A stretch of DNA of 64,000 bases. It comes from Callorhinchus milii (Eukaryota). Each line of letters opens with the position of its first letter. Position 1 is the stretch's first letter. Shown in pieces: positions 1-12,200 of the stretch. Position numbers and translations under genes: made by a program. Location of the stretch: NCBI RefSeq assembly GCF_018977255.1, contig NW_024704751.1, forward strand, positions 868,001 to 932,000, given 5' to 3'. Below the pieces are notes generated by a model. That model ran no database searches. It worked only from the letters and a program-made list of their open reading frames with translations, and was not told the DNA's origin.

Positions 1-189
1 TCCTTTAATGGCTGAGAGAGAACCAGCCACCGGCCTGAGGAGAAACTGGACAAATTGGGTAGAAAAGAGGAAGTATAAAAGGTTGTGTGTGTATTGGGGG
101 GAACGGGGCTGGACGGAGAGAGAGCTCTCTCAAATGGCACAAGCAAGAGATGACGTCGCTCTGTGTGACACTGTGACTCTGTGCTGCAG

Positions 190-3100
190 GTGAAGAAGCT
201 GCAGGTGATGCTGAGACAAGCTAACGAGCAGCTCGAGAGGACAATGAAGGAGAAACAGAATATGGAGGATTACGTCAAACACAGCTCCGATGACACCAGT
301 ATCCAGGTACCTGAGACGGCAACACAGCGACATCGGAATAAACCGTATGCACGAGGCTTCGGAGTTGGCTCCGCACAAACAGACCAGGCCCCTGGTCCAC
401 AAAACACACAGTCACTACACTTTACAGTATATCTTGTGAAGCCCTTTGAGATGTCTCGAAGATGTGATCAGGCGCTGTATCAAATACAAGCATTATTATA
501 ATAACTTATTATTATTATGACAATGCAATCAGTGACTCACACTCCCGGCTGTGCTCTCTCCCTCTGACTTCCACCAGGTGACCGGGCTGATACAGCGAGC
601 GCAGGAAGCTGATGCGTTACTGGCAGAAATGCAGCAGTTGTTCTCACATGCAAAAAGAAGAACCCAGGAGCAGATGGTAAACGGCTTGGGGTGGTGGCGG
701 GGGGGACGGGGGCTGCAGTCTCTCGTTGGGGAGTAATGCAGCTGACGGTGAGAAGTTGCATGGAAACGCTTGCAGTGTTGGCTTCTGGCCATTGATAGCT
801 CCAGTGATGCTTCAGTGTAGTGTTGGGAGGGTACTGCATTTGCCTTTCAGATGAGATGTGTGTGTATGTGCAGGTGTGTGCGTGCGCTTGGTGTGTGTAC
901 ATGTGGGTGTCTGTTTGGTGTGTGTATTTGCAGGTGTGTGCGTAGGCATGGGTGTGTGCACTGGGGAGTTGGTGACCACTGTGCTTTTCTCCCCTGTGAT
1001 CGTTAGGCCGTGTTGACGCAGTCGAGGGAGCAGGTGTCGGAGGAGCTGTCACGGTTACAGAGGGAGAATGAGAGCCTGCAGGGAAAGCACAGCCTCCACA
1101 CCTCCATCCTTCAGGCTGAAGCCTTCATCCCGCCTGATACCGTGGAGGTATAGTGCTGGTTAACACTAGAGTCCGTGCAGCTGGCTATTGTAGACTGTGA
1201 CAGTGCTCTCACGATTTCATCCTGAGATGTGTTGCCCACCGGGAAGCTCGCAGGGAGTTCCTGATACCTGCCATCTACCCAGTGAGGCTCAAATCCACTC
1301 TTATCGGATATTGAGTGACCAACTGGTGACCATCCTCTTTTGGGGGGAGGGAAGTGGGGTCTCCCTGGAGCTGAACTGGCTCCAAGGTTGCAGGTTTGGC
1401 AATGGAATATCGGAATGGAGCCAACCCTCTGTGACGGTCTCTAGTCCGGTTCCTGAGCCAGATGGGTCCGCTGTATTCCAGGGCACTCACTGTTGATGGC
1501 ACTACAGCCCACCCTGGCTCATCGGGAGGACCTGGAAGGGCCGATCAGTCATTGGGGGCAGAGAGTCATCCCACTCAGCTCCTGTTAACCCTGCAAACCA
1601 AAGCTCTTAACAGGTTAGGTGGTCCTACTTGGACAAGCAGGAAAGCTTGCCAGACAGCGCTGATAACGAGGATAACATGGTCTCTCTCTCTCTCTCCCAG
1701 GAGCTGCAGCTGCTGGTCAGGAAGTACCGGGAGGACATTGTTAGCGTGCGGACGGCGGCCGATCACCTGGAGGAGAGGCTGAAGGCGGAGATCCTGTTCC
1801 TGAAGGAGCAGATCCAGGCAGAGCAGTGCCTGAAGGAGAACATCGAGGAGACGCTGCAGCTGGAGATCGATAACTGCAAGGAGGAGATCGGTGAGGGCTT
1901 GAGTCACCCACCACCTGCGTGTGACACAGGGCTTCCCTGACTGACCGGGGGCAGGTCCCAGTGAGGTGTGGGACACTGTCAGACAGGAGAAGATCATTAT
2001 TCGCTCACCAATGGGTTAGGCCCTCCGCCCCCACCCCCCGCATTCTCACATGTCTTTAAGACTGATAAACTCCATACATCCCCCGCCATCGGTGGGCAGG
2101 CCTTCAGCCTCTCTGCCCCCCACCCTCTGGAACTCCAACCCACAGTCCCTCCGCCTCGCTCCCTCCCTCGTCTGCTTCAAATCCATCTCAAGGCCCTCTT
2201 ATTCGACTGCACCTTCGATCACCTCCTGCCTCCACCCCTCCTGATCCCAACCCTCAGCTCGCGTCCAAATCCCTGACGGTCCAGGGCCTTGGGATGTCCT
2301 CCTGATGAGAAAATGCTGTGTAAATGTCATGTGTTTGTGCTGTTTTGGTTTTGAAACCACAAAGAAAAGACGTGTTGGATTTAGTAAATGACAGTGACGG
2401 CAGCCTGGATCTTACTGTGAACCTCAGTTGACTGTAAAGCCCGTCTGTACACCTGAAACATCAGAAGCCCCATAGAATATGTTGTACACTCCCATCACAC
2501 TTTGCAGAATCCCGGGAAGCACTTTGAGACGTCCTCCTGATGGGAAAGGCGGCGTGTGAAACGCAAGGATTGATTTAGTTTTTTTAAGTGCCTCAGAAAC
2601 AAAATCTCTGAGCGCGTGGGTGTGTGTGTGTGCGCGCGCATGTGTGTGTGTGTGTGTGTTGGACTCTCTCGTGTTACGTGCATCTCTAATGCCTCCTGTG
2701 TTTGTTCTCTCTCTCTCGTTGACTGACTCAGATCTCGTTGAAGGTACGAGCCCCATGAATGCTGCGTGTCCATCCCCCACATCAGCCCACTTCACTGGCT
2801 GGAAATGTGCTTAGCTCTGCCTCACTAACTACCAGCCCCCGGCACACTGCGGTGCTGCTGTCAGCCATTGCAGCCTCGCTGGGGCAAGCTTCACTTCTCA
2901 CGCCCTGAGGCGGGATGGGCGGCGAGACTCGAAACATATCTTTAGCTGCGTTACGCTCACGCTGCTTCGCATGAAACGCTCGCCCCAGGCCCTCCCGCCA
3001 GCCCGCCCACTAACCCAGACTAACGTGGGTCACGCAGTAATGTGTCCCTAATGTAGTAATGTGCTGACCCTCACCTCCTCTCTCTCCACAGCTTCCTTCT

Positions 3101-3200
3101 GCAGCTTAAAAAACGAGCTGGAGAGAGTGAGAGCCGACAAGGACCAGGTAAGAGATCGCATCCATTAACATCTCGGCTAATGGTTAAACTTGAGGATTGT

Positions 3201-3239
<39 letters not shown>

Positions 3240-4739
3240 TCTCATTGTCTCCACCACCAACAATTTCCCCTCAAAGTCGTCTTCATTCTCCTCAGCTGTG
3301 AGCTAACACTTACACCGCAGGAAGCCCTTCTCCGTTGATAACCCGGTTAACACTGGGTATGGAATGTGTACACATCACACAGACGTGTGTACGCATCACA
3401 TACACGTACGCACGTGTGCGTATGTGTAACCCCGGTGTGACGTGTAGTGCTGCCTGCAGTTAGAGTGCAAGGATTGGCTGCTGGTCACGACATGACTGCT
3501 GTCGGGAGTTTCACATCAGGAGCCAACTCAGGTCACCTTCTGCTACAGACCTAGTGACTGCTTCCTCTGAACTTGTCAACAGTCCCTGCACCAGACTCGA
3601 GCCCTTCAGCACGTGTACCTGTAGGTGCGGGGAAGCAATGGTGTTTACCTCTGTCAGTGTGTGCGAGTGTGTGCGGCGGGGAGGTGGGCAGGGGAGAGAG
3701 ACTGATCTCTCTGTCAGTAGAAGACATTAAAGGGTGGCTGAGAGTGATTTATAGACTCAGCGGATCTGGCGAGGTGTTGTGGGAAGAGTGTGTTTCGTTG
3801 TGTGGTGAAGTGACCGTCTGTTCTCAGTTGGAAGCCTGGTTACCGGAGAGGAACCAGCAGCTCGAGCATCTCGAAAGCATCAAGATCAACTTAGAGGAGC
3901 AGCTCCGCAAGGAAAGCGCTTTCAAGGTCAGCAGCGAGCAAGTCATTTCAGCGTGTGTCAGCCCGGCTCGGCATGTGTCAGCCCGGCTCGGCGTGTGTCA
4001 GCCCGGCTCGGCGTGTGTCAGCCCGGCTCGGCGTGTGTCAGCCCGGCTCGGCGTGTGTCAGCCCGGCTCGGCGGGTGTCAGCCCGGCTCGGCGCGTGTCA
4101 GCCCGGCTCGGCGCGTGTCAGCCCGGCTCCGCGTGTGTCAGCCCGGCTCCGCGTGTGGCAGCCCGGCTCCGCGTGTGGCAGCCCGGTGCGGTGCGTGTCA
4201 GCCCGGCTCGGTGCGTGTCAGCCCGGCTGTGAGCCGATACCCAGCCTGGCTTTGCACCGAGCACTAACCCTGGGGTAGGGATGTGCTGCAGCCAAGTTTC
4301 AGGCTTTCCATTCCCACTTCCCATTGTCTACACCGCAGGGCAGAGGGGGACATGGTTTGACCTGAGTAGCGCTGATAAGCAGACACATGTGCTCGCTGCC
4401 TTGTTTGGCAGGAGAGCCCCAAACCACAATCTTTTACAACAAACAGGGAAAGTGGAACTGCACGTTTAGTGCTTGGTATGAGACTGGTTTTGCATTTGAC
4501 AACAACAACAAAATTACACTTGTATATGTGACAGCGTTGACATGTGGGGAGCTGGGGGGGGAGGTGGGCTTTCCGCACACCGGAGCTGTTGTGTTAATTG
4601 CGACTGGTTTGTGAGATTCGGGAACGGCAAATCCAGGATTGTCGGATTCTAAGAAACACAAAAAGGTGTAGGGAAAGGTGTTCCTGCAAGTTAGAGACCT
4701 GAAGCTCTCACACACACCTCACACTCTTGTCTCACACAC

Positions 4740-4772
<33 letters not shown>

Positions 4773-5966
4773 GGTATTTGCTGCCCACCTTCCTCTGAGT
4801 AACATTAATGGGATATAATTATTTCTTTATAATTAATATATATATAATATATTTATATATTAACCCTCCTCTTTGGCTGCGCCTTTGGTCATCCCCCACC
4901 CCACCTTGCCCTCCACCCCTCTTGACTCCAAACCTCAGGTAAGAATCCTTGACTGTCCAGCGTCTTGGGATGAACTCCCGATTTGAATGGTGCCGTGTAA
5001 ATGTCAGTTATTGCTGTTCTTGCTCCTCCTGCTGTAGCCTGTGTGGGGTGAGGCTTGTGTCAGTCTGGAGACTGTTTGGCACTAATGTGTCTGGTGTGTT
5101 ACAGGGCGCCCTCGAGAGGCAGCTGTGTGAGGAGAAGAACAAGAGCCAGAGGCTGCAGACGGAGCTGGACGTCAGCGAGCAGGTGCAGAGGGATTTTGTC
5201 AAACTCTCACAAACTTTACAGGTAAGAGAATGGTTTCCTGCGGGTAAGGAACGGGGCGAGGGGCACGATTGGCCCAGGTGGTGTCACTCTCGTTTTTGGC
5301 GCCCCTGGTATTGAGGGAGAACAGCCTGGGCTTCCTGGGTGGGCACTAAGGATGCGGGGTTACAGCCGTTGAGACGTTGGGGTGTTTATGCTGGAGAGAG
5401 GAGGTTAAAGGGAAGATATTTACACTAACAATCTCTCTGGTAGTGTAAATACAGCGTTCCCACTGATCAGCGAACCACTAACAGGGTGGAAACTGGATCA
5501 TCACCACAAGGGGAGAAAAAGGGAGATGTAATTTTTTTTAATATTGGAATACATAACTATCCTCAGCCCTGCCCACTCCACCATTGGTGGTCAGACCTTC
5601 AGCCTCTCTGCCCCACCCTCTGGAACTCCATCCCAGAGCCCCTCTGCCTCACCCTCTCCCTCGCCTCCTTGAAGGCCCGTCTCAAGATCTTCTTCATTGA
5701 TTGTTTCTTCATTCACCCTCCTACCCCCACCCCCCTGCCCTCCGCCCCTCTCGACTCCAAGCCCCCAGCTCGGGTCCAAACCCTTCACTATCTAGGGGCT
5801 TGGGAGGTCCTCCAGATGTGAAAAGCGCCACTGTGTAAATGCAATTTGTTGTTGTTGCCAACAGGTTCAGCTGGAGAGGATCCGACAGGCAGAATCGCTG
5901 GAAAATATCCACACCATTCTGAACGACACGAAACTGACAGACATAAACCAGCTGCCGGAGACATGA
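190..5966 (+). CDS. RABEP1: Rabaptin-5 / Rab GTPase-binding effector protein 1, 3' part (last 8 coding exons; 5' part lies outside the window)
   Basis: Exons 190-306, 578-676, 1007-1147, 1701-1890, 3092-3147, 3828-3926, 5105-5221, 5865-5966 (TGA), all AG/GT bounded with consistent phases. Translation VKKLQVMLRQANEQLE...VRTAADHLEERLKAEILFLKEQIQAEQCLKENIEETLQLEI...RLQTELDVSEQVQRDFVKLSQTLQ VQLERIRQAESLENIHTILNDTKLTDINQLPET* matches the vertebrate RABEP1 C-terminus as recalled. Confidence 0.97.
3951..4228. repeat. 20-bp minisatellite (GCGTGTGTCAGCCCGGCTCG), ~14 copies, in a RABEP1 intron
   Basis: Direct tandem repeat beginning ~25 nt after the donor at 3927. Confidence 0.95.
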
Positions 5967-8145
5967 CCCCCGAGCCCAGGCTGCCAATGGTTTTTACTCA
6001 TCCAGACACTTGTCTTTGTAGAAACATGTTAATTATTATTTAACTCTAATGAGCGAGTGAGTGAGTGGGTTGACGTGAAGAGCGGTTACTGAGGTGTAAA
6101 TGTTTCTAGAATGACTTTGCACAGGACGCCTGACTGCAGACAAAAGAGATTATTTCCCCCACTGGACAGGAACGGCCAGCCACAGGGAACACTACTGAAA
6201 CGCCATTAATCTCAGCGAGCAACAGGACTCCATCCCTAGTGTAACTCGTGTTTAAACTTAGCGAAAAAAAATCATTGATACAAAAATTCACAGGCGTGAG
6301 GTGCTGTGCCCCAGTGCCCCGTTCATTTACTTTGTATTGTGCAGACAGACACTAAGAGCAGGACTGGGGGGGGGGCGGAAGCTGTCAGTCCACTAATACC
6401 GGCTTCCAAATGCTCATCACACGTGACACAAAAGGATTGTCTTTTGGATATATCGAGCTGACTTTTAAATGACACTCAATCTGCTGACCCCCCCCACCCC
6501 GTCCAACCCCTCCCTCTCCTCACCCCTCCCAGCCCTTCCCTCTCATCCCCCCCTCACCCAGCCCCCCCCCCCCCTCACACTCCCTCGCCCAGCCGCCCCC
6601 CTCCTCGGCCCCGTCCCCTCTTTCCTCGTCCCTCCCCGCCCCTGGAATTCTCCCTGACAATAAGAACAATTCTTATCAACTAAACATGAAAGGATATTCA
6701 GTTTTATGTTTTAGTCGATAAAATTTAATTTGTTCGGACAATCCCGGCCAACCTCAAATGTACATCTCTGACCAATGACCTCAGAACACATTATCTCTCG
6801 CTCCAGACAGACACCGTGCCTCTCGCTCCCTCGCAGCCCAATGTTTGTTGCTAACTTACCTTCGGAGACGACAAAAGCAGTTAACAGTTTAGTTTTTTTT
6901 TGTTCATTACTGTCAGGAGTTATTAGACTGTCAAACAGAAAGCATCCTGAGATGGTCAGAAATGAAACCATGATAGTTGTCGGCAGGTGTTGGGGAACAG
7001 TCGGTGTCTGACTGGAGATTGGGGAAGATTGGTTATTGCTCTTCTTGACTGTCTCTGATCTGCTAACAGTGGCAGCACTGAAGCACGGGGCTATTATTAA
7101 GAGAAGCTCTCCGGCCGTCTTAAAATACTTTTAAGCTTCTGATAATTTAAGTTGAGGTAGAAATGCCAGAGATCTAATTCACTACTTTAATGTATTTAAC
7201 AAGTAACAAGCAAAGCTGTCAGAGCATTCCCAAGATTGAGCCCCGCTGGTGTGTTGCTGTCTGCCTCATACGCAGTATTCCATGACTCTTCCTCTCCCAT
7301 AAACCTGCCAGCAAACCCAGCGGTGGGAAGGGCCTATGGTCACAGCAGCAGTTGGGAGGAAACCATTGTTTGAAGCGAGGCCTGACAATATTATTTTAAA
7401 ACCATTTAAGGAACAGAGTATCAGGATGACAGGTTAAAATGCTCGTCAATGCTATTTTAACTAAGCAAGGTGAAAAAATGGCTTGTCACAGCAGTGAACA
7501 GACACCTGCCCTTCACATTGCAATGACAGTGGGTGGGGGGGGGGGGGGTGGTGGAAGAGAGAAGAAACTGAACCAACTTGTGGGGAATGGTGATTGCTGA
7601 TTGCTTCCTGGGGGCTATCCCTCGCATTGTTAGACACAAAACTTTCCTTTCTCTTTTGAAAAGCGAGCACTTACTTTGGTCAGTCTCCTCTGGCACTCTA
7701 TACAGAAGCGATATTATATTAATTGGAGTTTGCGTCCTTGGTTAAAGCAGGGCCTGCTCAGTGTCTCATAAATTTCTGGTTCCTCTGAGCTGATGACAGA
7801 GCTGTGGTTCCTTGCACCTCATTTAACAATCCCTGTAAATCCCAATGACTCGTGTTGTTCAGCGTGAGAAAGGGTGTTTCTCATCTGTTCCCCAGTCCAG
7901 TATTTGGATTTTACATGTGCAGCTTCACTGTATAATAGCATGTCTGTATTTATTGAATCCAGTGGTACATTAACCACATTTTAGCTGCCAACATCTCCTA
8001 GTAATACCTTTTCTCCCCTGACAATAGCCAGAAGAGCCGTCATACAGACAGCCCCCAGGCTGCTGTGCAGGTGTGGATGGACAATGGTTTACAGGCGTGA
8101 TCCAATGTAACTGCTGAACGTGTCTTTATTGAAGAAAGTGTTTAA

Positions 8146-8151
8146 AATAAA
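8146..8151 (+). terminator. Probable RABEP1 polyadenylation signal (AATAAA); 3' UTR about 2.2 kb
   Basis: Plus-strand AATAAA about 2.2 kb after the RABEP1 stop, followed by a T-rich tract at ~8183-8193. Confidence 0.55.
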
Positions 8152-8657
8152 AGCTGCTGCAGAGTATCAGAGATATAAAAACATTGTTTTTTTCTCACTC
8201 AATTCACTGTGCGGCTGTGGGAAACTACAGGCCTGTGCTAACAGGGAGAGGCTTTATAGACAATTTCCCACACAGGTAGGGACACAATCCACATTGGGTG
8301 AGACTCCAATCGTTCCTGCCGTGTAGAGTATAATCAAGGAAGCTAATGAGAGGTTCGCTTGGGCTCAGGATTGAAATTTCCTCTGATCTGAGGCTGCACC
8401 ATCACTTTGTCTTAGATGATGAAAAGTGCAGAATTGTAAATAACAGGAAAAGTGGCTTCCATTCTTACAGATTAAGACTTAAGCTCAGGATTTGAGTGCG
8501 GGGGTGTAAGTACAGAACATGGACATCAATGTATTCAGGCCTCTCTGCTCAAATGTAATGTAGAAAGCTGCTGCCCCTCCCACCCCAGGGTTGGGGTCTC
8601 TCGACTGCTGATGGTGGCCGGCAAAACAACTGACTGAGACTGAAATGACCAACATGC

Positions 8658-8663
8658 TTTATT
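8658..8663 (-). terminator. Probable AURKB polyadenylation signal (AATAAA on minus strand)
   Basis: TTTATT at 8658-8663, about 570 nt downstream of the AURKB stop codon. Confidence 0.55.
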
Positions 8664-9228
8664 ATAATATAGCAATACATAAACTTCAAAAACATCCCCA
8701 CAAATACTTGGTGCAAATACTAAAATCTCTTCCCACCCCCATTAGATAAACAATTCTGAGCAAATTCTAGTTCAGGAGATTGAGAAAAAGACACTAAGCT
8801 CCACAGGAGAGCTTTCAAATACTCTGTACATTTCAGACGGTGGTCCTCAACTCGTTACAAGACACCTCGCAGAAGCTTAAAGGCAGGAAAGGATCCAGTG
8901 AACTGTTGGCAAATACACCATTTAAAAAATATTCCAAATTCTCTCAACCGGCACATCAAAACCCTACTGCACTGAGAGGTACAGAGGGAGAGAGGGAGGG
9001 AGGGAGGTTTAAAAAAAAAAGGAAAAGTAAGAATCGGTAAATACAAAAGAAAAGGAAACACGAGAGGCAGAGAGAGAGAGAGAGGGCAGAGACCAGAGCA
9101 GCCAGAACAGGGAGACCGAGAGAGAGAGAGAGGAGGCACCAGGATACTCAGCTGCCCGGGAGCAAAGTGTTCCAATGTCGGACACAGCTGACTGTTGCTA
9201 TGTAGTAACCCAGGGTTTGTGTGGCTGC

Positions 9229-12200
9229 TCAGTGCTTCCCAACTGCTGAGTACTGGGGTGGGAGCTGCCTGCGGGAGTTGACCCTCACCCAGGGGTTGGC
9301 TAGCACGTCCTTCAGTGGCATCCTGAGTGCTGGGTTATGTCGGAGCAGCTGTGAGATCAGATTCTTAGCTCCCTCTGGTACGATGTCCGGAAACTTCAGA
9401 TCCACCTGCAGAATCCAGAGTTTGAGATTATTTCAGTTACTCCACCTGCTCTACCTCAACTCCAGAGCCACACACACAAAATACAACCCAGAGCAGAGAC
9501 AACAACAAATTGCACTTGTATAATGCCCTTCAGGTCAGAAATGTACACATTTTAAATTTAGTTTACGAAAGCACCAGTGTCACCTTGCTGATCCGCCTGT
9601 AGGTTTCCTGGTTTGTCTCGGATTCGAAGGGAGGCGATCCCACCAGGAACTCATAGCACAGAATCCCCACGCACCACAGGTCCACCGTCTCGTCGTGCAT
9701 CCGACCCTCGATCATCTCCGGGGGCAGGTAATCCAGAGTGCCACACAGCGTCTTCCTCCTGCACAGGTTAATCATTAACTCATTACCACCACTGAGCAGA
9801 GAGTCCAGGCCTGTGGAGGTCTGTCTGTCAGTCAGTCAGTGCCTCCACACCTGCGCTTCACAGACGTTCAAAGCGCAGAAGGCATCACCATGTCTAATGT
9901 ATCTAGAAATTCTCTACTGGAATCTGTCCATTTCCCCTGCTCCCCATTTCCCCAGACCCTCGGCCACCAAATCAGTGGGCAGGGCTACTGCGTAACGAGC
10001 TGGGCTGAGATACAGACCTGGAGGAGGGGGCGTGCACGGACCACCCAAAGTCAGCGATTTTCAGCTCCCCGCGCAGGCCCAGCAGCAGGTTCTCGGGTTT
10101 GATGTCCCTGTGAATCACCTTCTTCGAGTGGCAGTAGGACAGGGCGTCAGCCAACTCCTCCATGTACTGGGCAGTGGGCACGACAAAGGATTCAGCATTA
10201 GACTCGCAGCAGAACTACTCATTCACATTCCAGACTGCACTCTTTTCATATTTAGTCTGACTCGGGACTGGGACAGGTCAAATCCAGCCTAGTTTTAGCA
10301 GCTGGATATATAAGTTAGTAATAATAGGCCTCACATTTGATATTGTGCCTTTCAGGGTAGGAAGGTGGATTTACTGTAAAATGCTCCTCAAGACATTACC
10401 CTATGCGAAGGACGCTTTATAAATAGAAGCTGTTGGTTTGTTGCAGTAACGCGTTTGTAAGGGAATTCAGCGTTTCACTACAAACATTGAAGCCCAGGTC
10501 AAACCTTCAATACAAGCCACCCCTCAGCGAAACTCATCATAGTCACGACACTGCACAGCCACAGGCAGGTCTGAAGCCGCAACTTCACAGCACACAAAAT
10601 CCAACGGCTCAGGGAGAGAGAGGGTCACAAGTGCCCAGTCAGCACTCTACTGTCATTCCCCAGTACAGAAACCCTGAGATCAGAGCATTAAGATAGACAA
10701 TAAAACCCCAGAAATCGACACTGTGCCTCGCATTCTCGGGAGGGATGGGCAGACAGGCATGGTGGGGTTTAGCATTCTCACAGTGTACTCACAGTGGCAG
10801 TTCTCTGTTCATCAAAGCGCCCGCATTTCAGAAGCTGTTTGTAAAGCTCCCCATTTGGAGCGTATTCCAGCATCAGGAAGACTCTCGTCCGGTCATAGAA
10901 GTAGTTGTACAATTGCAGGATATTGGGATGTCTGAAACAATACACAAGGCTGCCATCACTGGGAGTATTTCTCTTCAGTAGAGCAGTTTAACCGTATGCT
11001 GTTGATCCGCACAGGCTCCGATGAACACATTAAAGTGATATACAGGCAATAATAACAATAATAATCCTTGCATTTGATATAGTGCCTTAGCACGTCATGT
11101 AGACAACTCAAAATGCTTCCCAGAATATACTGAAAAAGTGAATTTACTATCTTTTGTGTGCAGCAGTGTCCCACAAATAGTCGTGAAATAAGTGACCCAA
11201 TTTTTTTTTCGAGTGAGCTCCGTGACATTTTTCGCTTCTCTTAGAAGTGACGGCAGAAATCGCGCAGGTTCTGCAATTCGGTGTCCGCGAGGGAACTGAC
11301 CTGAGGTGAGACTGGATCTCGATCTCTCTGCGCAGTTGATGCTCCACATTGTCTTTCTCCAGCTGTGATTTGAACAGCACCTTCAGGGCCAGGATCCTTT
11401 TGGTCTCGCGCCCACGAGCCAGGTACACGTTTCCAAACTTGCCTTTGCCAAGGGGACGCCCGATATCAAAGTCATCGATGCACCAGTTCCTGGTCAGAAA
11501 AATGTCTCATTATTGTGCTCACACAGCACAGCAAGGCACAGACTTACATAGTAAACACATCAAACCACACGCAACCACACATACAAAATACTTACTTAAT
11601 AACTGGCTGCTTGGGCTGGGAATCTGCTTCCACCATTGTTTGACCACTAGAGCCCAATACTAAAGGGGAAAGAAAAACGGAAACTGTTGAGCAAAAGGCT
11701 GTTTTGTGTTGCTTCCTATACCTACATCATGGCATTGAAATGTGTGCTTAACGTGTTAAGACTTTTCTTCATTGGCATCACGGCCAAGTCCAATCCTGTC
11801 CTCGCCAAACACGCACACGCATGCCACACAACATCCTGGCCCCAAATAAAATTGGTCATTCACTTCATAATTTTTTGAAGGATATCGCTGTGCACAATTG
11901 GGCTGACACTTTCGCCTACAAAACATACAGTCAGTGCACTTCATTGTGAAAGCTGTCGTTGTGAAGTGCTTTGGGGAGGTCCTGCTGACGTGAACAGCGC
12001 TGTACCAAATGCAAGGATTATTTTATAATTATTATTACCATTCAGGGTGTCTCGGGATGACAAGCTATGGTTTTAGCTGGTTAGGCTCCAGCATTACCCC
12101 AACGCACACTCTGGGGTCCCCAAGCCTTGGCTCATGCCAACCTGCGTCTCATACTTTCTGGAATTAGGTAAGCAGGATGCGTTCCTCCAGGGAGAGAGTG

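Noticed and set aside
6480-6655. C-rich tract in the RABEP1 3' UTR
   Set aside because: Low-complexity sequence with no clear unit or structure.
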